A stretch of 63,876 nucleotides of DNA, counting the filler, from Folioceros fuciformis (Eukaryota): NCBI GenBank assembly GCA_049999805.1. It is 16 parts of 16 records of this genome, joined end to end, with 100 filler letters (N's around TTAATTAATTAA, not from the genome) between each part and the next. Parts side by side here need not be neighbours in the genome. Positions count along the whole stretch, not along the records: positions 33,236 to 37,971 come from JBNGIO010006623.1; positions 38,072 to 44,259 come from JBNGIO010006624.1; positions 44,360 to 45,541 come from JBNGIO010006625.1; positions 45,642 to 47,639 come from JBNGIO010006626.1; positions 47,740 to 49,834 come from JBNGIO010006627.1; 11 more parts are not named here. One strand, written 5' to 3'. The first letter of the stretch is position 1; each line of letters starts with the position of its first letter. Below the pieces are notes generated by a model that saw only the letters and a list, made by a program, of their open reading frames with translations, ran no database searches and was not told the DNA's origin. Below are positions 37,245-49,934 of the stretch, in pieces. A program made the translations under genes and the position numbers.

Positions 37245-38072
37245 GATATATGTTCCAACATTAAATAGTGATCTAAAAAATAACTCATATGAGAAAAACC
37301 CAACTTGAAAGCCCTCAAAAAAAAAAGATCCTGTTTTAGATCCACCCGTCTGGGTCCATCTTGTTCTGAAAAGGATGGATAAAAAGAAAACACAAGATAA
37401 GATCGTTCGAGGGTTTAGGGTTTATGGTGTTGGGGTTTAGGGTGACATAAGATAGTGATTTACAATGGAAATTAACAAGGCAGATTCCATCTACAGATGA
37501 TTGTACAAAGAATCGTACTTAGTAGACAAACTCTACTCTCCTGCCTTGTGTTGTCGACAATACCAGTGCCTTAGTGTCTGAATACGATTCTGCAGAGTCT
37601 CCTCCTTGCCATCCCTTGGATTTGCCCAAGGAGTCGATTCAAGCGTATAAGTTGTGCGACGATTGATGGAGACGCCGGATCGAGTTGCTTCCAAGGAACC
37701 AAGATTTGCCACCGTTGTTGAGTCGGTGCAGCCCTTGCGCGTCTCACTTTCCGCTGAATTTGCATAAGGTTGCTTCTCCACGCTAGACATCCCTTCCTAA
37801 TCCTTGCAGCCAGGCCCTGAATGTGCGTTCACCCTTGTTCCTTGGACTTGAGTAGTCGCGGGTTATCGTGCTTCTTTTCTTACAGGATAAAATAAAAGAA
37901 AAAATAATTATAACAAAATTGATTTAAATGAGAGTGTGGCACCACACAAAAAACAAAAAGAGGAGCCTTCTNNNNNNNNNNNNNNNNNNNNNNNNNNNNN
38001 NNNNNNNNNNNNNNNTTAATTAATTAANNNNNNNNNNNNNNNNNNNNNNNNNNNNNNNNNNNNNNNNNNNNA

Positions 38073-38576
38073 ACGCATCCCTTAAACAGGAATCGAGAGG
38101 TTGATCGCCTTTATCGACAACGCTGTTTTAGGAGAGGACAAAACCCCGATCTATTCTTTGTCCCAAGGCCAGAAGCATCTGCTCCACCAGATTTCCTTTT
38201 TAGGCCTCACCTTGACCACACAAATCATAGACGGGAGGCTATACCTACTGGGGTGCAACGTTTTGCAGCACAATCTGTGAATACCAGCAGTTGTGGCAAT
38301 TGTACTGGACCAAGGAGGCAATTTGTTGATGCATGCAAAGAGCATCTCCTTGCCAGAGTAGAACAACTGTTGCTACACACCATTGAAAACCAGGAGTTGC
38401 TCAAGAGCAGAGTTCCGAGTCAGGATTCTGCAAAAGAGAGAGAAATTTCTAACTGTACGCTGGAAATTGAGAGAGACATCGATGATGTAGCTGATTTCCT
38501 GAAGCAGATGAATACAAAGTTGAAGGATCTTGAATCAGGATGCCCCCATTCAGGGCCTGATTGCATCACCTTATGA
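38073..38576 (+). CDS. Extra ORF upstream of gag (ORF0) in element B, coiled-coil; 5' partial
   Basis: Frame is open from the contig start to TGA 38574-38576; CGNC then heptad-like HLLARVEQL...RDIDDVADFLKQMNTKLKDL. Confidence 0.55.
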   Translation, partial: THPLNRNREVDRLYRQRCFRRGQNPDLFFVPRPEASAPPDFLFRPHLDHTNHRREAIPTGVQRFAAQSVNTSSCGNCTGPRRQFVDACKEHLLARVEQLLLHTIENQELLKSRVPSQDSAKEREISNCTLEIERDIDDVADFLKQMNTKLKDLESGCPHSGPDCITL

Positions 38577-41500
38577 CCTACTTCCGCTGCCCAAGAGCGG
38601 AGCGAGAGTGGCAGGGTCCAACCCTGCCCAGATTTGAAGCGGTGCCTCTTTCCTTGCATCCCCTGCAGATTCTCGCATGTAGCTCTTTTGATTGGTGCAG
38701 CTAACCTGTCATTTCACACCACCATGACACGGCAATTAAGGGCAGTTAGGGTTTGTGAACATGAAGCGTTGTCCATGCCTTTTGAACATGAAACGTTTTT
38801 TTAATTTTTTAGGGTTTCATGAGTCTGTTCACGGCAAACATGAGTGGTATGCTGAGGAGCTCAGCATGAGCAGGGTCCAGCACTTTTTTGAAAACCATAG
38901 CTTTTGATGCTCATAGGTGCCTTATGACCACAACCTCACAGCTGAATGCGCTAATCAATAGCTTTAGCAACCTTAGTTTGCAGCCTGCACCTATCAGAAA
39001 CATGGCAACACAACAGTCAGTTTCCTTTAGTTCAGATGTCAAGGACAAGGATAGGTTTAGAGGTACTGATTACTCTATCTGGCGAGTACGGATGAAAACC
39101 ATCCTCACAGCACGTGGTGTCTGGTCGAGTGTCGATGGTACTTTTAAGAAACCTGACCCAGTAGCCAAACCTGATGAGTATGCTAAGTGGGAGCATAATA
39201 ATGGAGTGGCTATGGCAGTCATTGTTAATGGGCTTGATGCAGTTTTGATTCCCAACGTTGAATTCCTCACATTGGCTGAAGAAATTTGGAATCAGCTTGA
39301 AAAGACCTACCACACAACCACAATGGCAACATTGTCCGCTGTCCGTATGGAGTTCTACACATTGCGGATGAAAGAAGGTGACAAAATGGCTGCACATACC
39401 AGCAAATTTCGTCATCTTCGAGCTCAGATTCAGTCCATCACGAAAACACAGATGACGGAGTCTGAGGCTGTCTCCCAGCTGCTCACGAGCCTGCCACCCT
39501 CTTACCAATCTTTTGTCACCAGTTACCAGAATGGCCCTGTTGCAGCAGCTGCTGCAGGAGGGACACAAGCTGCAGCCATCACCATGGAAGACGTAATCGG
39601 AGCCCTCTACCAAGAGGAGCAAACCCGCTTGACTTCGGCAGGCTTACACAAACAATCCAAAGCCGAAAGGGCATTAGCTGTGAATTTTCGCCCCAAAGGA
39701 AAGGGCAAATTCAGAGGGGGAAATTCAGCACAAACCAAGGACAGGCCTGAACCCTCAAGCTCAAAATGACCAGGCACATGCAATTGGTGTGGCATACCTG
39801 GCCATTGGGCACGCGAGTGCCGAAAACGCAAAGCTGGTGAGCCCCAGAAGCAGGCTAAACCTGCTGCAAGAGTTGCAGTGAAGGACAAACCTGTCGAAAA
39901 GGCACCAGTGAAAATTCTCACCATATGCTTGTCAAGTTCGACACATGATGATGAGAGCTGGTTCCTCGACTCCGGGGCTACCACGCACATCTACAAAAAG
40001 AGGGAGTTGTTCACTTCCCTCAGCCTTGTTCATGTCCATGAAAAGGTCCTCCTTGGTGATGAGCAGTCTAGGACTAGTCTGCATATTGAAGGCAGAGGCA
40101 CGTGTGTTTTCAAATTGAAAGATAACACAGACCTCACACTCGAAGATGTTCTCTTCGTACCCAGCATGGCTAAAAATCTCATGTCCATGAGTCAGCTCAT
40201 GCGTTTATGTACCTTCACCATGTATGCAGATTCTAAGCACTGCTTATTCTATAGAAGTACATCTCCTAGTAGATGTGTCTTTAAGGGGATTCTTGACAAT
40301 TCCCTTTACCGCTTGGACATAACCTGTTCACAACAGACAGCCGGTCAGCATGCTGTACATTCCACTGGTGTATCCTCACTTAGACCTGAGCAGGTAGCAG
40401 TCTTGTGGCATGCGAGATTAGGTCACGTGAATAGACGAAAATTGATAGATATGTCTATAACTGAACGCCATAGAGAACCCCTGCCCAAATGTTTCAAAAA
40501 CTTACCTCTATGCGAGTCGTGCATATTAGCTAAGCAGAAAGAATCACCTTTCCCTAATGCACCTGCACAAAGAGCCACACAAGTGCTTGAGTTAGTCCAT
40601 GCTGACATATCAGGAAAGATCCATTCCCCATCACTAGGTGGATCCCAATATTTTTTCACATTGACAGACGACTACAGCAGGTATACATGGACCTTTCCTA
40701 TGCGCCTGAAAAATGAAACCTTTGAGTTTTTCAAGGACTGGCTTCAAACTGCACAAAGGCAATCTGGAATGCTGGTCAAAACTCTAAGGACTGACAATGG
40801 CACGGAGTTCATAAACTCATCTTTCGACAGCCTACTTCAGGAGCATGGGATCCTCAGGCAGCTTACGGTCCCCTACACACCCCAACAAAACGGTGTGTCA
40901 GAGCGCAAAAATCAGACTTTGCTTGGGATGACAAGAAGCATGCTGATTTGGGCTGGTTTACCTCAAGGTTACTGGGCGGAGGCTGTGGTAACAGCCACCT
41001 ATATCCTCAACAGGGTCCTGACAAGTTCAGTCCCTCACAAGACACCTTATGAAGTTTTCTGGCACAGGAAACCATCGCTACTACATCTTCGTGTTTTTGG
41101 ATCACGGGCATTTGCCTATATATCTGTTGAGAAAAGACGAAAGCTTGACCCTCGAGCACAAGGACTACGTTTTGTCGGCTACAGCGAACGGACTAAGGCC
41201 TATAAGTTGTACAACCCCAAAACTGGATCTATGATCTTAGCTCGAAGTGTCACTTTTCTTGAGCCCCATGCCCCTGCTTCACAAGAGACGGCAGAACATT
41301 CAGATCAGTATATGACTGATAAATTAGACCTGGATGTTCTGGAGAACGAGGGGGCTGCCTCTACTTACCCCCTTGATGACATGGACTCTGAAATTGCTGA
41401 CCCAGTGGAGGATTTTATAGATGAGTCCGCTGAGTCTCCTACTGCCGATGATCAACCACCTGTTGCACTTGATGTGCCACACCCTGATGTCAATAATGCT

Positions 41501-43604
41501 GATCATGACAACAACCTGAATGTGCAGCCTGACCTGGATGATGTACTTGAGATTAATGATCTCTCTGTTGATGAGGGGGATGCTGTCCCCATCCCAGATT
41601 ATGAGGGGGACATACCCGCACCTCATGCACCTCAAGACATTGAGGAATCCCGTGATGACGAGCCCGTGCTTAGACGTTCTACACGTCACAGGCCACCTCC
41701 TAACCAATGGGCAGAGCCCCGATATGAATCCATTGACTTCCGAAAAACCTCTCTAGCGCAAGTTGTTGCCTTGGCTACTACTAGCTCTGAAATTCCAGAT
41801 GAGCCTACCACCTTACAGCAGGCCTTTACTGGCCCACAGAGTGCACAGTGGAAGGCTGCAGTGGAGGACGAGTACCAGTCCCTCATCAAAAATCAGACCT
41901 GGGTACTTGCAGACCTCCCACCTGGAAGAAAGGCAATCAGCTGTAAGTGGGTTTTTAAACTTAAGCTTAATGCACAAGGACAAGTGGCCAGATACAAAGC
42001 AAGGCTCGTGGCTCGCGGGTTTACCCAAGTTGAAGGTCTCGATTACCAAGAGACCTTCTCTCCTGTCGTTCGCACTCAGTCCATAAGAATCCTTTTTGCA
42101 TATGCTGCCGAATTTGATCTGGACCTACAGCAAATGGACGTTTGCACAGCATTCTTGTATGGTGCCCTCGAAGAAGAATTGTACATGTTGCAGCCTGAGG
42201 CCTATGAGGACAAACAGCACCCGAACAAGGTGTTAAAACTTCTCAAATGTATCTACGGTTTAAAACAAAGTGGGCGCGTTTGGTATATAACGATGCACTT
42301 GTACCTGATTAGCATCAACTTCGTCCAAAATGCTGCTGATAGCAATGTGTATAAGCTCACACAAGGAGCGTCTGTTGTCATCTTGGCGCTTTATGTGGAC
42401 GATGTTATATTTGCCACAAACGATCAAACGCTGTTAGCAAGTGTCAAGGCCAAACTCAGCAGTAAATTTGACATGAAGGACATAGGAGAGCTTAAATTCT
42501 GTCTAGGAATCCAATTGCTTCGTGTGAGGAAAGAAGGGCTACTGTTTATCCATCAGTATAAGTACATAAAAGAGATACTCAGAAAGTTCAACCTTGACGA
42601 GGCCAGGCCAGCTACCACTCCCTTTGCTGCTGGTACAAAGCTGATTAGGGATCAGTGCCCCCAATCACAAGCTGAGAAAAAGGACATGCAGGATGTACCT
42701 TACAGGCATGCTCTTGGATCCTTGATATTCGTCGCAAATTGGACTCGCCCTGACATACAGTATGCGGTTAGTACAGTTTCGCAATTTCTAGAAAATCCTG
42801 CTAGGGTTCACTGGGTAGCTGTTAAAAGGATCTTTCGTTATCTCAAAGGCACACACACCTATGGACTTATGTATAAGAGCACAGGCCAGAAACAACTTAT
42901 CTTGCGAGGCTTCACGGATGCTGACTGGGCATCAGACTCGGATGCACGTAGGAGTCTTTCTACATACTGTTACTTGTTGGGCTCAGCAGCTGTCACATGG
43001 AGCTGCAAAAAACAGGCATCTGTTGCTCTAAGTTCCTCTGAGGCCGAGTATAAATCTCTAACTGAAGCAGCCAAAGAGGCTGAGTGGGAATGCAGCTTCC
43101 TCAATGACTTGGGGCAGCCGCAGGAGAAGCCAACACTTGTACTCTGCGATAACACCGCAGCCTTAGAGTTAGTGGAAAGTTCGAAATTTCATGCTAGGAC
43201 TAAGCACATCGAGGTACAACACCATTACATCCGCAACGTGGTACACAGAGGTGTCCTTAAATTGGGTTACGTACAGACAGATGAGAATACTGCCGATATC
43301 CTTACTAAAGGATTGCCCAAATATAAGCACTATTACCACATGGAAGGCATGGGACTGAAGGACTACTCAGCCTACTTCAAGTAGCAGTCTCTTATCTTGG
43401 TTGTTGATGGGGATGGCAGCCTCTTTTGTGTCTGCAGATATGTTCCATCCCTGGCAGCCAGATACTTGTGACTGCACAGCATAACACATTTAAAGGCGAT
43501 ATCAGTTCCCGTGAATTCTTACACACAGTCTGCAAAGCACAAGAGCAGGTGGATGAAGCTTACATGATTGATTAAATCACCTGACAGCCTGTGACTGGAC
43601 AACC

Positions 43605-43982
43605 CTACACCTCATCCTTCAGCCTGCTGAGCATCTTTGCTACACCTTCTAGCTGATCCACCAGGCCCTGCATGTTTTCCTTGTCTTTAGCAGGTGTGGA
43701 TGGGTTGACAGCGACCTCTTCCTCTGCCATTTTGCCCCAGACAAGTGTGATGTTCAGCTCAACGTGATACCCAGCGATGGTTGCGGACTGCCCGGTGTTG
43801 TAGCGGCTCTCCCACTCCCAGCCTCAGGCCACATCTTCCCGGGACGCCGGTTGTGTGGCAGAATCATAGCTTGCCCCACTCCTCATCCTCATTTTCAGCT
43901 GTAACAGCAGGATCCACAGGCGTGTGACGACGAAGAGCGCGAGCTGGGCTTCTGCAGTGAGCACAGCGAGGTGAAGATCCAT
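43605..43982 (-). pseudogene. Antisense small membrane-protein ORF of element B (one internal TGA)
   Basis: MDLHLAVLTAEAQLALFVVTRLWILLLQLK...EDVA*GWEW...LVDQLEGVAKMLSRLKDEV*; a 125-codon frame with a single stop at 43824-43826. Confidence 0.55.
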
Positions 43983-44359
43983 TCTTGTAGTGGCTGCATT
44001 GATTACAGAACGGAAGCTGGGTCGTCTACTCAACCACCGGATTATGCCCGAGAGTGCCCCAGCGCGAGAGACTGTTCCTCGTGTTTTCTTCCAGCTGCCT
44101 GGTTCTCGTGGACAGTCCTTCGTTTCCAGGGTTTCGTGCTTCAAGCTAACCGTGGTTAGTTTAAGAGGGGGTGTTAGCGCAGAATGGTTAAACTTAACCC
44201 ACGGTTAGGGATATATATATAGTTTATATATAATTAGGGGTTGTCTAGTGAAAGGACATNNNNNNNNNNNNNNNNNNNNNNNNNNNNNNNNNNNNNNNNN
44301 NNNTTAATTAATTAANNNNNNNNNNNNNNNNNNNNNNNNNNNNNNNNNNNNNNNNNNNN

Positions 44360-45541
44360 TTGTATAAAAACTCATATCATCAATGTTCAAAGTATCAATT
44401 CCGAGCAATTCTTGTCCCACTACAAGGTATCAGAGCACCATGCTCCTTCTCCTTATGGCTTTGCCGCTGCCTCCCGTCGCTGGCGCTGCATACTTCACAA
44501 GGATGGGTCAACAGCAATCAAAGAATCCAAAGGACCAGAGATCCTAATCAATAGAACATGCCAAGGCGACGCACCTCCGTGACTTTTGCCCCAACAAGCC
44601 GCGCTCCTGCTCCAGAAGGGATACCTTTCATCAACATAGCAGAGAAGCCAGACCACGACGAGCGATGACGCCCCCAATGGACCACGCCAATTGCTTGCAC
44701 ACTTATTAGCATTCCAGCCAGGGCCGTTCTAGTCAGGCCCATCTCTCACTCACACGGATGCGCGTACACCGCTCCCTCCTTAGCCAGCGTACCAAATACA
44801 CCTGATTACTTGAGAATTCAGTTGAACTGCATTGAGTCACAACTTGAGGCCCTGCACATCGCAATCAATCAGATCCCCTTCTACATACAGATGTAAATCA
44901 CGCACGCCTCACCTCTTTTTGCTAGTCACAACTCGAGGCCCTGCAGCATTGTATGCCCAAATTCGATCCGCTCTCCCTTCATACAACAAAGCCCCTTGCA
45001 AAGAAACTTGCAAGTAAATCAGCTATGGCCTCTTCTGTCCCTAATCCTACTTCCACGGTGATTAACACCTCCAAAGTAGAGTTTAGAGATCGTGATCGCT
45101 TCAATGGAAGCAATTATGACATCTGGCAAATGAGAATCACAGCCCTGTTACAAGAGCATGACCTAATGTCAATCATAGACGGCACTTAGCCACAGCCCTC
45201 CCTTACCTCTACCACACCAGCTACCCTTGACCAGATAGCTGCATGGGACAAGAAAGACAAGAGGGCTCGCAACATTCTAATATCTACGACTGACAAAACA
45301 ATGCTATAGTCGACGAGTTCACTCTAGGTTCGGGATCAACAGTGAGGGGGAGTGTTGGAGAAAAATAGGTTAAGCGCCGACAGATACCCGTGACCTAATT
45401 TAGGGCACATTTCATGGACATGCTAGTTAGGTACAGCTTAGCGGTTCGAGCAGTTAAGTAAGTTACTCAAGTTATTAACCGATTAATCGTAGTTATAACT
45501 AAATACACTTGTATAAAAACTCATATCATCAATGTTCAAAG
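44360..45541 (+). mobile_element. Short non-autonomous copia deletion derivative (TRIM-like)
   Basis: LTR end ..TACA 44424, PBS (A)GGTATCAGAGC 44425-44436, only the gag N-terminus (KVEFRDRDRFNGSNYDIW, ~45025-45308), PPT 45344-45352, LTR from 45353; contig ends overlap by 33 bp. Confidence 0.85.
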
Positions 45542-45654
45542 NNNNNNNNNNNNNNNNNNNNNNNNNNNNNNNNNNNNNNNNNNNNTTAATTAATTAANNN
45601 NNNNNNNNNNNNNNNNNNNNNNNNNNNNNNNNNNNNNNNNNTGAACCTCCTTAC

Positions 45655-46131
45655 ATTATTCATGACATACTCCACATTGGCCACACGCTTCAATGCTTTG
45701 TGCAAGCTCCTACTTTCGAATGGTTGTCGAGCCACGGAGAATCCTTGGACCGCCACCTCCAACCGGGGATCAATCCCCATAGCTACACCATCGTTAGTGC
45801 TTGCCGTGCCCTCATCGGCATCCCCTGTGGATGCAACATTGCCTTTGATCATCTCCTCGTACTCCTCCCAAAGGTCGCCATAGGCCTTTGCCATCGTGTC
45901 CTCTGAGGCATCCAAAGAATGCTCTTTGGCCCAAACTAGAAGCTGGCACGAGTCCTCCATAGTGCAAGTGTTGTCATAGTCCGTGGTGAAGAGCAAGTTC
46001 GCTGGATTCCATGGACTTGTCCTCTCTAGCCTCGAATCCTTGTATCTAGGAAGGTCGGAAACTATAATTGAGGTACTCAATAAAGCCTCGTACTTAGAGG
46101 CCACGACCTCCTCCACCCCTTCCAATTCCAT
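45655..46131 (-). CDS. HAD-superfamily phosphatase (TH2 phosphatase-domain-like), exon 1
   Basis: HAD motif I TDYDNTCT; donor |gtaagg; continues through the 47-bp overlap (45642-45688 = 49788-49834) into the next contig. Confidence 0.72.
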
Positions 46132-48954
46132 GGGTCCCGCCTAAAGCCACGTCGATATCGAACCTGCAAGAAGGAGCGTCAACACAATGGCCAAGTCCTT
46201 TTAAGCACATGGGGGCGGGGGGAATGTCCTAACCATCGTACGCAAAATGACTATAGAAGTGTGACAAGTATGTACCTTTTTTGTTCGAGATCAAAACTCC
46301 CACGCACGTGCCTCACTTCACAAAAGCCGGATGAAGACTAGAAGGGGCAACTTTTTCTTCTTGCAGCGGACCGCTCGTTTGAAACAATTTGTATTGCACT
46401 ACCATAGCGCTATCACAAACATATATACTAGAGTTCCTTGTTCATTTTCCTTGGATCTTGAATGTTGATCACTTTTTTTATTCTCCTTGGATCTTGAATG
46501 TATTCTCCTTGCAATTGGATCTTGATGACGCATTGTTGTGTTTTTCTTTCCTTGGGTCTTGATTGTTGCATCACCGTTTTTTATTCCCCTTGCAATTGGA
46601 TTTGCATTATGTGCAAGGATATTTCTAGGTTTGTGAAAAACATGCTACGTATAGGAAGACTAAGCAACTCAAAGAGAGGCAAGCCTTGCGAGGTAAATAG
46701 CCTTTTAGGGTTCTTTTTTGTTTTTTGGTTTTGGTTCTCTTAGGGTTTTCTTGTGAAAAAATATGGATTTAGGGTTTTCTTTTTGAGAAATAGACATGCT
46801 TAGGGCTTTTTCCATAGAGTTTGGGTGCCAAGTTGTCAAGGACAAGGTGCTTTCCCGGGGTCTTCTTTACTTGAGAGAAACAAGATAGGGAAACCCATCT
46901 ACCTTGAAAGAGGTGAGACAAACCAACAAAGGGGAGCGGGCCACGGGAGCTAGCCCTTAGCCCTTGAAATAGCTAGCCCCTATCCCTTGAAATTGTTGAA
47001 TCTAGAAACTACCAACAACACTTAAGATATCATGGTATGGGAAGAAGGATGGGTCTATCTACCCATAGAGTTGATGGCGCCACCTCTCTTGTCATTCCAA
47101 TCATCTTGTATATGGCATTGGCCAATGCTCGTTGTAGTGCAATGAAAACCCTTTCACGAAATGCATGCAAAATGAGTTCGAAGCTCCCTCATTACCCTCA
47201 ACATGATAGGGTTTGGCTACTTGCATTTTCCGGTGTCATCACCATTGCATTGAACATCTTTATCTCCCCTTGTATACAACACGGCTCCCTTTTAACAGGG
47301 CCTCGGTAGGGCTGAAATGTACTCGTTTGAAGCCCCAAAGAAAAGAAAGGGTTAGAATAATGAACACGATTATAACCCAACCCATGGAGCCTATGAAGAG
47401 GAAAATTGGAAGATGTCCTTTGTGGACCATTTAGCTAGTAGATAACACTTGGATTTCAATGTGTGGGTGAAAGCCAAAGCGGTCACTTATATGAAGTATA
47501 AGTGACCGAGAGTGAATGAAAGGCATAAGGGCTAAAATTAAAAGAGGTTTGAGCAGCCCTTGGAGTGTATATGAAAATACGCTTCAAGCCTCCCTAAACA
47601 AAGAATAGGGTAGAAACCATGCCCTAGATTGTCCCTAAANNNNNNNNNNNNNNNNNNNNNNNNNNNNNNNNNNNNNNNNNNNNTTAATTAATTAANNNNN
47701 NNNNNNNNNNNNNNNNNNNNNNNNNNNNNNNNNNNNNNNCCTAAACAAAGAATAGGGTAGAAACCATGCCCTAGATTGTCCCTAAATGAAAAAAAGGCTT
47801 TGGCCCTAAACCCTAAGCCTTCTCCACCAATGTTCCAACCCACAACAACTACTTGTCTTAAAACTTCACCAATACATGTTTGGGACTCTAGAGGGCATTG
47901 CTGCGACACACTCTCTTGCCCATTGTTCAGTCGAGCTTGTTCTAGGTCTACAAAGTTGTCACATGAAGGGAGATAGGCTACAAGTATGAGTTCGAGTCTT
48001 AGACTTTTGACTAAATAAATAGGTATGATGCGAATGGGCATTGGCCCTCACTTCTTTTGACAGCCACATGGAATCCCGTTATCTAAGAATTTTCAGCATG
48101 ATGTTTGTTTTTCAATGGCTCTAGATTTGTAGGCCATAATTTTATGCCTCCAGATTATGTGCTCTTGTGTTGCTACCAAGTCTCGAGTGCCGGTTCAAAA
48201 ATCTAAAGGCATTCACCCATGATCATCCGGGATACCAACCCCTTGCCCTTTTTTTGTTTCCTTTTTCCCCACTAAACTGTTTGGTTTGAATAACCATTCA
48301 TTTGTTAGCAAAATAGGGAATGGGAATGGTTGTGGCTTCGAAGGGCAAATAGGCACGACAATGACATTATTGCCTAGAATCACATATGCACATGGTGTGC
48401 TTGGATGGTGGTGGGAACGTGGTGTGCTTAGATCATGGTGGAAGGAGGGAGCAAGTAAGGTGAGCACAAGCCAAAGATTAGAGATGATGGTTCATTTACA
48501 CAAGAAAAAGGGCTTCTACAAAGAAAAGGGTTATTGAAGGCTAGTCGTTAATAAAAATACTCATAATTAAAATAAACCTAATTTTAAACGTATATAATAT
48601 TACCATATTTAATAGCNNNNNNNNNNNNNNNNNNNNNNNNNNNNNNNNNNNNNNNNNNNNNNNNNNNNNNNNNNNNNNNNNNNNNNNNNNNNNNNNNNNN
48701 NNNNNNNNNNNNNNNNGTATATAATATTACCATATTTAATAGCTATGCATTCTATAAATCCCATGTTCCATCATTCCCACTCACTTGCAAGTAAGAGTCA
48801 AGAGATTAACTAAAACTATTTACCTTGAAGATTGACTTCGTAGAAGTTTACAAGTTGAAAATGTTGTATACGAGGCTACCAATATAATCCCGAAGGCAAT
48901 TGGCATTGGAATCATGCTCCAAGTCATCTCGTCCTACAACGCTGTACACAACTA

Positions 48955-49700
48955 TCATCCCACAACTCTAATTTGATGTGCCACATACATGTCAAGATTG
49001 GGAAGAACATTGAGCTCTTGCTCATATCCAAACAAGCAAGCCTCCACATCCTTCCAACCGGTGGCCTGGAATAGGAACCCGGACTGTCGAAAGCTGGTTA
49101 CCTGACCGGTTGCCAAAAGGGCACCAGCTTCTCCCAAAGGCCTTAGTTGGATACGGTTTTCATCCAATAGGCTTCTAAGAGCCACTCTTTGGCCCATGAC
49201 GATGCCAAGATCGGCATCCAATAAGGCCAACAAGTCCGTCGGGGCGTCTCCCAAGTACACCACCTTCTTCTCCTCGTTTGTGCTCATCATCTTTCTTAAG
49301 GCTTGTTGCACTCTCTCCTTGTCAAATGCATTTGTGATTCGGTTTTGAAAGAATCCAGTGGTGTATCCAGCAGCATCCAATTCCAACTCATTGCTGTGGA
49401 CGAGCAACCTCTCTTCTGCAGGAAGGACGATGGTGCAAGGTTAATCACTTATACATTCAATGGCACCATGATGAACAAAAGGCCATAGTTGATCCAAACA
49501 TGATGCTCACCGGGCAAGAAGGACATTCCTCCATAAACTAGAGCCCTGGACCAATTGGCCGAGATGACATGCACTATTGTTCCTAGAGCTGCCAATCTAG
49601 AAAGCACGGTTTGGCAATGACTTTGAGAATCGATTCGCTTTCCAACAGCAAGAATGGCCTCCTTCCTTAAGCCTTTGAAAAACCCCATTGTCATGACTTT
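48955..49700 (-). CDS. HAD-superfamily phosphatase (TH2-like), exons 2 (49700-49511) and 3 (49415-48955)
   Basis: GFFKGL, VHVISANWS, VHSNEL, FDK, VVYLGDAPTDLLALLDADLGIVMG (HAD motifs II-IV); GT-AG introns keep the frame. Confidence 0.78.
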
Positions 49701-49934
49701 CTGCACAGCATCACACAAATATGGCTTGCATGATCACCTAGCTATCAACCATCTCAATGCCAAATAAGAATGACTTCCCAACAAAGGTGAACCTCCTTAC
49801 ATTATTCATGACATACTCCACATTGGCCACACGCNNNNNNNNNNNNNNNNNNNNNNNNNNNNNNNNNNNNNNNNNNNNTTAATTAATTAANNNNNNNNNN
49901 NNNNNNNNNNNNNNNNNNNNNNNNNNNNNNNNNN

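Larger units (their letters stand above)
38072..44259 (+). mobile_element. Ty1/copia LTR retrotransposon with extra ORFs (element B)
   Basis: gag 39002-39769 ends in TGA just before the in-frame knuckle CNWCGIPGHWAREC; pol ORF 39878-43384 (FLDSGA, HADISG, YVDD, DADWA); PPT 44163-44171; 3' LTR from 44172 (TGTT). Confidence 0.96.

Noticed and set aside
39767-39769. TGA between gag and pol in element B as programmed readthrough
   Set aside because: It lies before the zinc knuckle, where related elements A and C are open; a CGA>TGA type mutation is simpler.
43546-43583. GGAUGAAGCU hairpin as hammerhead ribozyme or SECIS
   Set aside because: It lacks the CUGAUGA/GAAA hammerhead core and three-helix junction; no selenoprotein context. 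Kept only as an unknown motif.
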